From Candidatus Methylomirabilia bacterium (GTDB lineage: Bacteria > Methylomirabilota > Methylomirabilia > Rokubacteriales > CSP1-6), in contig JBGQHJ010000018.1 of assembly GCA_041497895.1 (NCBI GenBank), positions 1 to 48,364 of the forward strand: 48,364 nucleotides of DNA, written 5' to 3'. Position 1 is the first letter of the stretch, and every line of letters starts with the position of its first letter. Positions 18,250 to 28,371 of this stretch are shown here, one piece after another. The translations under genes were made by a program, and so were the position numbers. The notes under the pieces are model-generated. The model had not been told where the DNA came from. It saw only the letters and a list, made by a program, of their open reading frames with translations, and did not search any database.

Positions 18250-19380
18250 TCAGTCGGCCGGTGGCTCGTGCACGCAGCCGGGATCCTCGGCGAGCGGGTC
18301 TCCGGTGAGGGCGTAGGCGCGCGCGCGGCTTCCTCCGCAGCGCTCGCGCCACTCGCAGCGCCCGCAGCGCCCACCGAGGCGGGAGGAATCCCGCAGCGCG
18401 ACGAACAGGGGATCCTCGCGGTACACCGCGACCAGGTCGTCCCGGCGCACGTTGCCAGCCGGCAGGGGCAGGAAGCCGCTCGGGCAGATGTCGCCGACGT
18501 GGTCGACGAAGACGAAGCCGTTGCCGTCGGTCACCGCGCGGGTCGCCCGCATCGCGCGCGGGGACCGCGGCCGGCTCGACTCCGCGCCCCGGGCCGCCGT
18601 ACCGGCGCCGACCACGCGGTGGTAGTGGGGAGCCTCGGTGGTCTTGATGCCGAACGGCACCCGCGGCTGCAGATCCGCGGCCCACCCCAGGACCCGCTCG
18701 ATGTCGTCGGCCGGGAGCGCCTGATCGGCCTGGGCGCGGCCCACCGGGATCAGGAAGAAGAGCGCCCACAGGACCACGCCCCAGCCCGCGACCTGCTCGG
18801 CCAGCGCGGGCAGGTCGGCCACCGTCTGGCGGCACACCGTGGTGTTGATCTGCAGCGGCAGGCCGAGGGCGCGCGCCTCCTCGACGATGCGCAGAGTGTG
18901 GCGGTGCGAGCCCTGGACGCGCCGGAACGCGTCGTGGGCGGCGGCGGTCGCGCCGTCGAGGCTCACCGCCAGCCGCGCGAGCCCGGCGTATCGAAGCGCG
19001 CGCAGCCGCTCCGCGGTCGCGGCCCCGGTGCCGCTCGGGGTGAGCGACATCGTGAGGCCGACGCGCGTGCCGTGGGCCACCAGCTCCGCCACGTCGGGGC
19101 GCCGCAGTGGATCGCCGCCGGTGAGCACCACGAGCGGCGGCGGCTCGCCGAAGGCGGCGATGCGCTCGAGGAGCGCCCGGCCCTCCTCGGTGGTGAGCTC
19201 GCGCGGATCGCGGCGCGGAATCGCCGAGGCCCGGCAGTGCACGCACGCCAGCGCGCACGCGCGCGTGGTCTCCCAGATGACGATGAACGGGCTCCGGTCG
19301 AACGCGCCCGCGCCGGGGAGGCCGGGGCGCGCATGCACGGCGGCTTCCTGGCTCACGATCGGCTCTTCCGCGCGGCGCAT
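18250..19380 (-). CDS. Radical SAM/SPASM protein (NirJ/AhbD-related, TIGR04053-like)
   Basis: IWETTRACALACVHCRA, LTGGDP, SLDG, CPSGF, CGRCEWRERCGGSRARA...DPGC; GAGGAG RBS. Confidence 0.85.
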   Translation of the reverse strand: MRRAEEPIVSQEAAVHARPGLPGAGAFDRSPFIVIWETTRACALACVHCRASAIPRRDPRELTTEEGRALLERIAAFGEPPPLVVLTGGDPLRRPDVAELVAHGTRVGLTMSLTPSGTGAATAERLRALRYAGLARLAVSLDGATAAAHDAFRRVQGSHRHTLRIVEEARALGLPLQINTTVCRQTVADLPALAEQVAGWGVVLWALFFLIPVGRAQADQALPADDIERVLGWAADLQPRVPFGIKTTEAPHYHRVVGAGTAARGAESSRPRSPRAMRATRAVTDGNGFVFVDHVGDICPSGFLPLPAGNVRRDDLVAVYREDPLFVALRDSSRLGGRCGRCEWRERCGGSRARAYALTGDPLAEDPGCVHEPPAD

Positions 19381-19428
19381 GGTCCCCGGCTCCTCTCGAG
19401 CAGGGTAGCGCCGGGTCGACGCGGGCCA

Positions 19429-19444
19429 TATGACCCTCGTCATA
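19429..19444. promoter_or_regulatory. CRP/FNR-like palindrome TATGA-N6-TCATA upstream of the radical SAM gene
   Basis: TATGACCCTCGTCATA; minus-strand -10-like TACCCT begins 21 nt downstream. Confidence 0.75.
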
Positions 19445-19469
19445 GAGCGGCTCCGCGGGCGGCCGCCCG

Positions 19470-19907
19470 CTAGCGGGGCGCGGCGGCGGGCGGCATCCGG
19501 ACCCGCCGCCACATGTTCAGCACGAACAGCGCGGTGCCGGCGAGCTGGCCGAGTCCTCCCAGCGCGATGAGCCCGCGGAAGCCGAGCACCCCCGTGGCGG
19601 CCACGAGCACCTCCGCGCCGGCGCGCGCCACGGTGGCGACGGTCATCGTCCAGTAGACCGCCTCGGCGAGCCCGGGCCGGTAGCCGGTGTCGTCGCGGGC
19701 GGGGCGGGGGAACATCCAGGTGGCCACGCCCATCACCATCATCAGCATGAAGCCCACCAGCAGCAGGTGGGCGTGGGCGGTGACGAGAAGACGCGGCGGG
19801 TAGCGGTCGAGCCAGAACTGGGCCACCACGATGTACGCGCCGAGCGCGAGCCCGACCATCAGGAAGACGAAGCTGGTCTTGATGTATCGCCGGACCAGCG
19901 GCGTCAC
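19470..19907 (-). CDS. Small 4-TM membrane protein with HxH motif (resembles a fragment of heme-copper oxidase subunit I)
   Basis: GTG start (M)TPLVRRYIKTSFVFL...TAHAHLLLVGF...WMFPRP; GAGGGA RBS. Confidence 0.7.
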   Translation of the reverse strand: MTPLVRRYIKTSFVFLMVGLALGAYIVVAQFWLDRYPPRLLVTAHAHLLLVGFMLMMVMGVATWMFPRPARDDTGYRPGLAEAVYWTMTVATVARAGAEVLVAATGVLGFRGLIALGGLGQLAGTALFVLNMWRRVRMPPAAAPR

Positions 19908-19986
19908 GTCGGCATGTCCCTCGACAACATCGCGGGCAGGATAGCACGGGCTTGGTACACTCCGTGGGTCTGGAGGGCGACTCGAC

Positions 19987-22422
19987 ATGCGCGTCGTGCG
20001 GCGACGATCCGGCTGGGCCCTCGGCCTCACCCTGGCCGTCGCCATCGGCGCGCACGCGATCGGGGCGCACGCGCAGTCGGGCGAGCCCGCCGCGGAGAGC
20101 ACCGGCCCGATCCCGCTCGCCGAGGTCGCGGCGCGGGCGGCCGAGATCCGGAGCCTGCTGGAGACCCAGGCCGCGGCGATCAGGCCGAGCCGGGAGATCC
20201 AGGCCATCCTCGAGCGCCTGCCCGCGCTGGCCACCGACCTGCGCGCCCGCCTCGACGAGACCACGGCGCGGCTCGAGGCGAATCCGCCGCTGCCCGTGAT
20301 CGAGCAGCTCGGCAGCGTCTGGGAGGCGACGCGCGCGCGGCTCCGCGGCTGGAGCGACGCGGTGACCCAGTGGACGAGCCGCGTCGACCAGGAGCGCGCC
20401 CGGCTCGCGAGCCTGCGCGAGAGCTGGCTGCGCTCGCGCGAGGCGGCCGCGGCCGCGGGCGCGCCCAAGGTGGTGCTGGACCAGATCGACGGCGTCCTGG
20501 GCGGGCTCAACGCGGCGCGCACCCGCGTGGAGGCGCGTCTCTCCGAGCTCCTCGCCGCCCAGTACCGGCTGGCCCTGCTCCAGCGGCGGAGCGACGAGGG
20601 GCTCGCGCGCATCGCGCAGGTGAAGGCGGACCGGATCCGCCGGCTCGGCGAGCGGGACGGGCCGCCCCTCTGGAGAGCGGTGCTCTGGAAGGGCGCGATG
20701 AGCCAGGCTCCCGCGGCGGCGCGCGACGTGATCGCGGCCGAGCAGGCGGTGGTGACCGAGGTCGCCCGTGAGCACGCCACCCGGGTCCCGCTGCACGCGC
20801 TCTTCTTCGTCATCCTGGTCGCGGTGCTATGGCGCGGCCGTCGCGCGGCGCGCCGCTGGGTCACGGACGACCCGGGCGCAGGCTCGGTCGCCCGCGTCTG
20901 GAGCCGGCCCATCTCCTCGGCCCTGGTGCTGGCCTGCTTCGCGGCCCCGTGGATGTACCCGGCGGCCACGCCGATCCTGGTGCGGGTGGTGACGCTCCTG
21001 GCCATCGTGCCGGTCGGGCGCCTCATCCGGCCCTCGCTCGACCGCGTGCTCACCGCGGCGCTCTACGTCTTCGGGGTGCTCTTCCTCGTCGACGGGATCC
21101 GCTCGGTGCTCACGACCGCGCCGCTCTTCGAGCACATGCTGTTCCTGGCCGAGATGCTGGTCGCCAGCCTGGTGATGATCCGGGTGCTGACCACCGCGCG
21201 CCGGCCCACGCCGGCCTCCGACACCGACCTGATGGCGGCGGCGGCCCGCCGGCTGGTCGGGCGCCTGCTCCTCTGCGCGTTCGTGGGTGCCCTCGTGCTG
21301 GGCGGGACCGGCTACGTCGAGCTCGGCCGGTTGATCGGGGCCGGGGCGCTCGGCAGCAGCTACTACGGCCTGGCGATCCTGGCCGCGGTGCAGGTGGCCC
21401 GGGGCCTGGCCGGTGTGCTGCTCCGGAGCCGCGTCTTCGCGCTCCTGTCCTCGGTGCAGCAGCATCGCGCGGTGATCGAGCGGCGGACCGTCCGGGTGCT
21501 GCGCTGGGCCGGCGTGCTCGCGTGGATCGCGGCGACCCTGAACGCGCTCACCCTCCTGTCCTCGACGGTGACCGGGGTCCGCGCCGCGCTCGCCGCGCAG
21601 TGGGGCTGGGGCGCGATCCGGATCTCGCTCGGCGACGTGGTGGTGTTCGCGCTCACGATCTGGCTGTCGTTCGTGGCCGCGGGCGCGCTCCGCCTCCTGC
21701 TCGCCGAGGACGTGTTCCTGCGGGTGCGCATGGCCCGCGGCATCCCCCTCGCGCTGTCGGCGGTGATCCAGTACGCGGTGATCCTCGGCGGCTTCACCCT
21801 CGCGCTGGCCGCGCTGGGGGTCGATCTCACCAAGCTCACGATCCTGGCCAGCGCCTTCGGGGTCGGCGCCGGGCTCGGGCTGCAGAACCTGGTGAACAAC
21901 TTCGCCTCCGGGCTCATCCTGCTCTTCGAGCGGCCGATCCACCTGGGCGACGTGGTGCAGATCGCGGGCGTCGGGGGCGAGGTGCGCCACATCGGGGCGC
22001 GCGCGACGCTCGTGCGCACCGCGGACGGCGCGGAGGTGTTCGTGCCCAACTCGGTGCTGATCGCCCAGGCGGTCACCAACTGGACGTACTCGGACCTGCG
22101 GCGCCGGATCGTCCTGCCGGTCCGGGTGGCCTACGGGGCGGTGCCGCAGCGGGTGAGCGAGCTGCTGACCGCGATCGGGGCCCGGCACCCCCAGGTCAGC
22201 GCCGAGCCCGCGGCCGCCGCGGTGTTCATGGGCTTCGGGGAGAACTCGCTCGACTTCGAGCTGCGCGCGTGGACCGATCGCTTCGGCGACGCGGAGACGA
22301 TCCAGAGCCAGCTCGCCGACGCGGTCTACGCCGGGCTGAACGAGGCCCGGATCGAGCTGCCGGTGCCCCGCCGCGACGTGCGGCTGCGCACGGTCGCGGC
22401 CACCGAGCCCGGAAAGGACTGA
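19987..22422 (+). CDS. Large MscS-family mechanosensitive channel (MscK-like)
   Basis: Periplasmic coiled coil, many TMs, [31 protein letters not shown]. Confidence 0.9.
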   Translation: MRVVRRRSGWALGLTLAVAIGAHAIGAHAQSGEPAAESTGPIPLAEVAARAAEIRSLLETQAAAIRPSREIQAILERLPALATDLRARLDETTARLEANPPLPVIEQLGSVWEATRARLRGWSDAVTQWTSRVDQERARLASLRESWLRSREAAAAAGAPKVVLDQIDGVLGGLNAARTRVEARLSELLAAQYRLALLQRRSDEGLARIAQVKADRIRRLGERDGPPLWRAVLWKGAMSQAPAAARDVIAAEQAVVTEVAREHATRVPLHALFFVILVAVLWRGRRAARRWVTDDPGAGSVARVWSRPISSALVLACFAAPWMYPAATPILVRVVTLLAIVPVGRLIRPSLDRVLTAALYVFGVLFLVDGIRSVLTTAPLFEHMLFLAEMLVASLVMIRVLTTARRPTPASDTDLMAAAARRLVGRLLLCAFVGALVLGGTGYVELGRLIGAGALGSSYYGLAILAAVQVARGLAGVLLRSRVFALLSSVQQHRAVIERRTVRVLRWAGVLAWIAATLNALTLLSSTVTGVRAALAAQWGWGAIRISLGDVVVFALTIWLSFVAAGALRLLLAEDVFLRVRMARGIPLALSAVIQYAVILGGFTLALAALGVDLTKLTILASAFGVGAGLGLQNLVNNFASGLILLFERPIHLGDVVQIAGVGGEVRHIGARATLVRTADGAEVFVPNSVLIAQAVTNWTYSDLRRRIVLPVRVAYGAVPQRVSELLTAIGARHPQVSAEPAAAAVFMGFGENSLDFELRAWTDRFGDAETIQSQLADAVYAGLNEARIELPVPRRDVRLRTVAATEPGKD

Positions 22423-22427
22423 GGCCC

Positions 22428-24077
22428 TTGGCGCTCTCGCCCCTCGCCGGCCACCCCGCGCCACCCGCCATGCTGGTGGACCCGGCCCGTCTCGAGCGCG
22501 AGTACTACGCGCGCCGGCCCGACGTCGACGACCCGACCCAGCTCGTCGCCTTCGGCACCAGCGGCCACCGCGGCTCGCCGCTGCGGGGCTCGTTCACCGA
22601 GGCCCACATCCTGGCCATCACCCAGGCCATCTGCGACTACCGGCGCGGGCAGGGGATCGATGGGCCGCTCTACATGGGCAAGGACACCCACGCGGTGTCG
22701 CGCCCCGCCGAGCGGACCGCGCTCGAGGTGCTGGCCGCCAACTCGGTCGAGACCATCGTCCAGCGCGACGACGGCGTGACGCCGACGCCGGTGATCTCCC
22801 ACGCCATCCTCGTCTACAACCACGGCCGCGCCGCGCACCAGGCCGACGGCATCGTGGTCACGCCGTCACACAACCCGCCGGAGGACGGCGGCTTCAAGTA
22901 CAACCCGCCCAACGGCGGGCCGGCCGACACCGACGTGACCGGCTGGGTGGAGCGCCGGGCGAACCAGCTCCTGCGCGAGGGGCTCGCCGGGGTGAAGCGG
23001 GTGTCCTTCGCGGACGCGGCCAAGGCCCCGACGACCCACGCGGAAGACCTCGTGATGCCCTACGTGCGCGATCTCCGGAGCGTGGTGGATCTGGACGCGG
23101 TGCGGGCGGCCGGGCTGCGGATCGCGGTGGATCCGCTGGGCGGCGCGTCCCAACCTTACTGGGAGCCGATCAACGCGCTCTACGGCCTCGACATCACGGT
23201 GGTCAATCCGACCATCGACCCCACCTTCGCGTTCATGACCGTCGATCACGACGGCAAGATCCGCATGGACTGCTCGAGCCCCTACGCGATGGCGCGGCTC
23301 GTCGGGCTCCGGGACCGGTATCGCCTGGCCTTCGGCAACGATCCGGACGCGGACCGGCACGGCATCGTCACGCCCGCCGCGGGGCTGCTGAACCCCAACC
23401 ACTACCTGGCCGTCGCCGTCGACTACCTGCTGACCCACCGCCCGCAGTGGTCGACCCGGGCCGCGGTCGGCAAGACCCTGGTGAGCAGCGGCCTCATCGA
23501 CCGCGTGGTGGCCGCGCGCGGGCGCCGGCTCTTCGAGGCGCCGGTGGGGCTCAAGTGGTTCGTGCCGGGCCTGCTGGACGGCTCCCTCTGCTTCGGCGGC
23601 GAGGAGAGCGCGGGGGCGACCTTCCCGCGCCACGACGGTCGCGTGTGGACCACCGACAAGGACGGTCTGATCCTGAACCTGCTGGCCGCCGAGATCACCG
23701 CGCGCACCGGGCGGGACCCCGGGGAGCACTATCAGGCGCTGATCGCCCAGCTCGGCACGCCGTGGTACACGCGCATCGATGCCCCGGCCACCGCGGCCGA
23801 GAAGGCCCGGCTCGGCAAGCTCTCCCCCGAATCGGTGAAGGAGTCGCGGCTGGCCGGCGAGCCGATCACCGACAAGCTCACCCGCGCCCCCGGCAACGGC
23901 GCGCCGATCGGGGGGCTCAAGGTGGTGGCCGCGAGCGGCTGGTTCGCGGCCCGGCCGTCCGGCACCGAGGACATCTACAAGATCTACGCGGAGAGCTTCC
24001 GGGATCAGGCCCACCTGGACGCCATCGTCGGCGAGGCGCAGGCGATCGTCGGCAACGCCCTGCGCGCGCCCGCCTAG
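22428..24077 (+). CDS. pgm: Phosphoglucomutase (alpha-D-glucose-1,6-bisphosphate dependent)
   Basis: [37 protein letters not shown] start. Confidence 0.95.
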   Translation: MALSPLAGHPAPPAMLVDPARLEREYYARRPDVDDPTQLVAFGTSGHRGSPLRGSFTEAHILAITQAICDYRRGQGIDGPLYMGKDTHAVSRPAERTALEVLAANSVETIVQRDDGVTPTPVISHAILVYNHGRAAHQADGIVVTPSHNPPEDGGFKYNPPNGGPADTDVTGWVERRANQLLREGLAGVKRVSFADAAKAPTTHAEDLVMPYVRDLRSVVDLDAVRAAGLRIAVDPLGGASQPYWEPINALYGLDITVVNPTIDPTFAFMTVDHDGKIRMDCSSPYAMARLVGLRDRYRLAFGNDPDADRHGIVTPAAGLLNPNHYLAVAVDYLLTHRPQWSTRAAVGKTLVSSGLIDRVVAARGRRLFEAPVGLKWFVPGLLDGSLCFGGEESAGATFPRHDGRVWTTDKDGLILNLLAAEITARTGRDPGEHYQALIAQLGTPWYTRIDAPATAAEKARLGKLSPESVKESRLAGEPITDKLTRAPGNGAPIGGLKVVAASGWFAARPSGTEDIYKIYAESFRDQAHLDAIVGEAQAIVGNALRAPA

Positions 24078-24094
24078 GGCCGAGAGAGGACACC

Positions 24095-24700
24095 ATGGAT
24101 ACCCGCGACCTGTTCCTGGAGCAGCATTCCGCGATGCACATGGCCGCCGTCGGCGGCAACAAGATGTCGGCGGCCGAGCGGACCTTCGCCGGACTCACCG
24201 ACGAGCAGATGCGCGTGCGCCCGCGCGAGGACCTCAACTCCCTCGCCTGGCTCATGTGGCACATCGCCCGCGCCGAGGACATCCTCGTCGGCCAGGTGGT
24301 GGCCGGCGGCGCTCAGCTCTGGGACGAAGGCTGGAAGAAGCGGCTCGGGGTGAGCCGCCCGGACTTCGGCATCGGCATGACGAGCCCCGAGGTGAGCGAG
24401 CTCACGCGGCAGATCGACGTGGGGGCGCTCCGCGAGTACCGCGACGCGGTGGGGCGCCGCACTCGCGAGATCATCTCGACCTTCAAGCCCGAGGACTGGG
24501 ACGGCGCGGTGAAGGCCGACGCGGTGGAGCGGACCGCCGCCGCCGGCGCCTTCGGGGCGCGCACCGAGGCGCTGTCCAAGGCCTTTCCCGGCCGCTCGCG
24601 TAGCGCGGTGCTGAGCGGCATCGCGCTGTTCCACTCCGCGGGCCACATGGGCGAGGGGGTGACCGTCCGGGCCGCCGGCGGCTTCGGCACCGGGATCTGA
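24095..24700 (+). CDS. DinB/YfiT family protein
   Basis: NSLAWLMWHIARAED...HSAGH His triad; GAGGA RBS. Confidence 0.8.
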   Translation: MDTRDLFLEQHSAMHMAAVGGNKMSAAERTFAGLTDEQMRVRPREDLNSLAWLMWHIARAEDILVGQVVAGGAQLWDEGWKKRLGVSRPDFGIGMTSPEVSELTRQIDVGALREYRDAVGRRTREIISTFKPEDWDGAVKADAVERTAAAGAFGARTEALSKAFPGRSRSAVLSGIALFHSAGHMGEGVTVRAAGGFGTGI

Positions 24701-24710
24701 GCCGCCGGGC

Positions 24711-25889
24711 CTAGCGGCTCGCGCGGGGCGGGTGCGCGCGGACGGTCGCCTCGTCCACCTCGGTGCCCCAGCCGGGGCCGGTGGGCAGGCGCAGGTGGCC
24801 GTCCGCGATGTCGGGCCTCACGGTCACCAGGTCGTCCTGCCACGGCACCATGTCCGGGTCGATCTCCATGATGCGCAGGTTGGGGACCACCGCGGAGAAG
24901 TGGGCGTTCATCATGGTGGCGAGGTGGCCGTAGAAGTTGTGCGGGGCCACGTTGACCTCGTAGGTGTCGGCCATCGCCGCGATCTTGAGCGACTCGGCGA
25001 CCCCGTTCCACGGGGTGTCGATGATCGCCACGTCCACCGCTTGCTGCTCGAAGAACGGTCGGTAGTCGCGCCGGCCGAAGAGGCACTCGCAGGAGGCGAC
25101 CGGGATCGTGGTGCGGCTGCGTACGTAGGCGAGCGCCTTCGCGTCGCGCGTGTCCATCTCGACCCAGAAGAGATCGAAGGGCTCCATCGCGCGGGCGACC
25201 TTGAGGAACCCCTCCGTCTTGTAGTTGAAGTTGAGGTCGACCAGGATGTCCATACCGGGGCCGGCGCCCTGCCGGAAGGCGGCGAGCTGGGCCGCGATGG
25301 CCTCGAGCACGGGGCGATCGGCGTTCAGCTCCGGGAAGCCCTCGCCGCGCGCGAAGCCGGGCACGTGGGCGCGCGGCTGCTCGCCCAGCAGTAGCACGTT
25401 GGTCTTGAGCGCGGTGTAGCCCTTCGCGGCCACCTCGCGGCCGATCGCCACGATGTCGTCGAGGGTGCGCACCGGCGGCAGCCCCATCTCACGCGCCCGG
25501 CTCACCCGGTAGGTGGCGCAGTGCGACCAGTAGAGCCGGATGCGGTCGCGCACCGGCCCGCCGAAGAGCCGGTAGACCGGGATCCCGAGCGCGCGCGCGT
25601 TGACGTCGAGCAGCGCGTTCTCGATGGCCCCGATGGCCTGCTGGATCACCCCGCCGGCGGCCTGCCGGCGGAGCGCGAACATGAGGGCGACGTGAGCCTC
25701 CCAGGGGCGGGGATCCTTGCCCACCAGGGCCGGGGCAAGCTCCGCGATGACCGTGGAGACGCCCGGCCCCCCGAAGGACTCGTTGTACTCGCTCCACCCC
25801 ACGATCCCCTCGTCGGTGCTGATCTTGAGGAAATCGAGGTTGCGCCAGCCCGCGTCGGCGTGCAGCGACTCGATCTTCGTGATCTTCAT
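24711..25889 (-). CDS. Mandelate racemase/muconate lactonizing enzyme family protein
   Basis: KISTDEGIVGWSE, IENALLD, LVDLN, WVE, CE, VAPHN, PGWGTE. Confidence 0.9.
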   Translation of the reverse strand: MKITKIESLHADAGWRNLDFLKISTDEGIVGWSEYNESFGGPGVSTVIAELAPALVGKDPRPWEAHVALMFALRRQAAGGVIQQAIGAIENALLDVNARALGIPVYRLFGGPVRDRIRLYWSHCATYRVSRAREMGLPPVRTLDDIVAIGREVAAKGYTALKTNVLLLGEQPRAHVPGFARGEGFPELNADRPVLEAIAAQLAAFRQGAGPGMDILVDLNFNYKTEGFLKVARAMEPFDLFWVEMDTRDAKALAYVRSRTTIPVASCECLFGRRDYRPFFEQQAVDVAIIDTPWNGVAESLKIAAMADTYEVNVAPHNFYGHLATMMNAHFSAVVPNLRIMEIDPDMVPWQDDLVTVRPDIADGHLRLPTGPGWGTEVDEATVRAHPPRASR

Positions 25890-25899
25890 GCGGGGCGGG

Positions 25900-26211
25900 C
25901 TAGCGCTTGCACCGGGGACTCTCCGGCTCGGCCTGGCAGTACCGTTGCCAGATCGGCTGCGTCTTCTCCTGGTAGCACTTCTGGAACGGCGCCCACTCGT
26001 TGCCGCTCGAGTTCATCGTCCGGGTGTAGACCATTCCCTCGTTCGAGACCCGCTCGACCCAGAGCGAGCCGTTCTCGCACGTGCGGGCCGCGGTGTAGAG
26101 GGCGCTGTTCCGCTCGCTCTGGGCCGGGGTCACCACCGCGCATGCGGCCAGCGCGGTCACCGACGACGCGAGCAAGCCGCCCATCCGGATCGAGCGAAAG
26201 ATCCCGATCAT
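25900..26211 (-). CDS. Small Cys-containing putative lipoprotein
   Basis: LAAC lipobox and four further Cys; start uncertain (26211 or 26184). Confidence 0.55.
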   Translation of the reverse strand: MIGIFRSIRMGGLLASSVTALAACAVVTPAQSERNSALYTAARTCENGSLWVERVSNEGMVYTRTMNSSGNEWAPFQKCYQEKTQPIWQRYCQAEPESPRCKR

Positions 26212-26263
26212 GGAGCGACCTCCCGGCGCGGTGACCGCGCCCCGCGGCTAGTAGCGCCCGTGG

Positions 26264-27682
26264 CTAGTAGCGATAATGGTCGGGCTTGTAGGGTCCGGTC
26301 TTCGCCACGCCGATGTAGCGCGCCTGGGTGTCGGTCAGCTCGGTGAGGTGCGCGTTCAGCTTCTTGAGCTGCAGGCGCGCCACCTTCTCGTCGAGGTGCT
26401 TCGGGAGCACGTAGACCCCGACCGGGTACTTGTCCGGGTTGGTGAAGAGCTCGATCTGGGCGATGACCTGGTTGGCGAACGACGAGCTCATCACGTAGCT
26501 CGGATGTCCGGTGCCGCAGCCCAGGTTGACCAGCCGGCCCTCGGCGAGCAGGATGATGCGCTTGCCGTCCGGGAAGATGATGTGGTCGACCTGCGGCTTG
26601 ATGTTCTCCCACTTGTACTGGCGCAGCGAGGCGATGTCGATCTCGCTGTCGAAATGTCCGATGTTGCACACGATCGCGTTGTTCTTCATCCGCTTCATGT
26701 GGTCGTGGCCGATCACGTGGAAGTTACCGGTGGCGGTCACGAAGATGTCCGCCTGGTCGGCCGCCTCCTCCATGGTGACGACCCGGTAGCCCTCCATCGC
26801 GGCCTGGAGCGCGCAGATGGGGTCGACCTCGGTGATCCATACCTGGGCCGACAGCGCGCGGAGCGCCTGCGCCGAGCCCTTGCCCACGTCGCCGTAACCG
26901 CACACCACCGCGACCTTGCCCGCCACCATCACGTCGGTGGCCCGCTTGATGCCGTCGACGAGCGACTCCCGGCAGCCGTAGAGGTTGTCGAACTTGCTCT
27001 TGGTCACCGAGTCGTTGACGTTGATCGCGGGGAACTTGAGCCGGCCCTCCTTGGCCATCTGGTAGAGGCGCTTGACCCCGGTGGTGGTCTCCTCGCTCAC
27101 CCCGCGGATCTTGCCGAGGCGGGTGGAATACCAGGAGGGATCCTTGGCGAGCTTGGCCCGGATCGCGGCGAAGAGGGCGGTCTCCTCCTCGTTGGACGGG
27201 CGCGCGACGGCGGAGGCGTCCTTCTCCGCGACCGCGCCCAGGTGCAGGAGCAGGGTGGCGTCGCCCCCGTCGTCGAGGATCATGTTGGCGTGCCCGCCCT
27301 GGGGCCACTCGAAGATGCGGTGGGTGTAGTCCCAGTACTCGTCGAGCGACTCGCCCTTGCGCGCGAAGACCGCGGTGCCGGACGCGGCGATGGCGGCGGC
27401 GGCGTGGTCCTGGGTCGAGAAGATGTTGCACGAGGCCCACCGGACGTCGGCCCCGAGAGCCTGGAGGGTCTCGATGAGGACCGCGGTCTGGATCGTCATG
27501 TGGAGCGACCCCGCGACGCGGGCGCCCTTCAGGGGCTGCTGGCTCGCGAACTCCTCGCGGATGGCCATGAGCCCCGGCATCTCGGTCTCGGCGATCTGGA
27601 TTTCCTTGCGGCCCCAGTCGGCGAGGCTCAGATCGGTGACGACGTGGTCTTGCGGGTGGGTCGACCTGGTGCTGGCGCTCAT
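26264..27682 (-). CDS. ahcY: Adenosylhomocysteinase
   Basis: [69 protein letters not shown]. Confidence 0.98.
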   Translation of the reverse strand: MSASTRSTHPQDHVVTDLSLADWGRKEIQIAETEMPGLMAIREEFASQQPLKGARVAGSLHMTIQTAVLIETLQALGADVRWASCNIFSTQDHAAAAIAASGTAVFARKGESLDEYWDYTHRIFEWPQGGHANMILDDGGDATLLLHLGAVAEKDASAVARPSNEEETALFAAIRAKLAKDPSWYSTRLGKIRGVSEETTTGVKRLYQMAKEGRLKFPAINVNDSVTKSKFDNLYGCRESLVDGIKRATDVMVAGKVAVVCGYGDVGKGSAQALRALSAQVWITEVDPICALQAAMEGYRVVTMEEAADQADIFVTATGNFHVIGHDHMKRMKNNAIVCNIGHFDSEIDIASLRQYKWENIKPQVDHIIFPDGKRIILLAEGRLVNLGCGTGHPSYVMSSSFANQVIAQIELFTNPDKYPVGVYVLPKHLDEKVARLQLKKLNAHLTELTDTQARYIGVAKTGPYKPDHYRY

Positions 27683-27712
27683 CTCGCGCCCTCCTTTAGG
27701 TTCAGGGAGTTT

Positions 27713-27796
27713 GCGAGCGCCGTTGTCTCTAGCCGACCGAGCGGCCGGCCGCTCCGAGCCTGGCGGGAACGCTCCCGTCGCAACGCTCCTCGGAGC
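27713..27796 (-). ncRNA. SAH riboswitch
   Basis: CUCCGAGGAGCGUUGCGACGGG...CCCGCCAGGCUCGGAG...CAACGGCGCUC matches the SAH aptamer pattern (P1, P2, pseudoknot); directly 5' of ahcY; -10-like TATACT at 27812-27817. Confidence 0.9.
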
Positions 27797-27848
27797 CGGG
27801 TGACGACCGACAGTATACATGATACAAGGGCAGCCGAGGAGGAACCCC

Positions 27849-28367
27849 ATGCTCACCGCGGCGGACTTCATTCGCGCGAACCTCAAGCGGCTCCACGCCG
27901 GCCTCGACAAGGTGATGGCCGACCTGACGCCGGACCAGCTCCACGCGGTGCCGGCGGGCCACCCGAAGGCCAACACCATCGGCTGGGGCGTGTGGCACTA
28001 CACGCGCACCGAGGACAACATCGTGCGCTGGGTCATCCAGGAGCGGAAGCCGCCCATCTGGGTCGAGGGCGGATACGGGGAGAAGCTCGGCCTGCCGCCC
28101 GCCGCGCAGGGTACCGGCATGTCCTCCGCGGAGGCGCAGGCGCTCCGGATCAAGGACGTGGCCCTCTTCCGGGAGTACATGGGGAAGGTGTGGGCCGGCA
28201 CCGACGAGCTGATCGCGAGCGCGTCGCCCGCCCTGCTCGAGAAGATCATCACGGTCAAGCCGCTCGGAGACATGTCGGTCGTCCAGTGCCTGGGGCAGGT
28301 GGGCCTCACCCATGGCATGACCCATCTCGGCGAGATCGAGCTGGCCCGCACCCTGGTCGGCGCCTGA
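27849..28367 (+). CDS. DinB family protein
   Basis: [15 protein letters not shown]...HGMTH; GAGGAGG RBS. Confidence 0.8.
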   Translation: MLTAADFIRANLKRLHAGLDKVMADLTPDQLHAVPAGHPKANTIGWGVWHYTRTEDNIVRWVIQERKPPIWVEGGYGEKLGLPPAAQGTGMSSAEAQALRIKDVALFREYMGKVWAGTDELIASASPALLEKIITVKPLGDMSVVQCLGQVGLTHGMTHLGEIELARTLVGA

Positions 28368-28371
28368 GCCG

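Noticed and set aside
26225..26241. GC hairpins as intrinsic terminators (also near 2679-2706, 12145-12186, 41995-42023)
   Set aside because: Stem-loops are present but have no U-tract and are common by chance at this GC content
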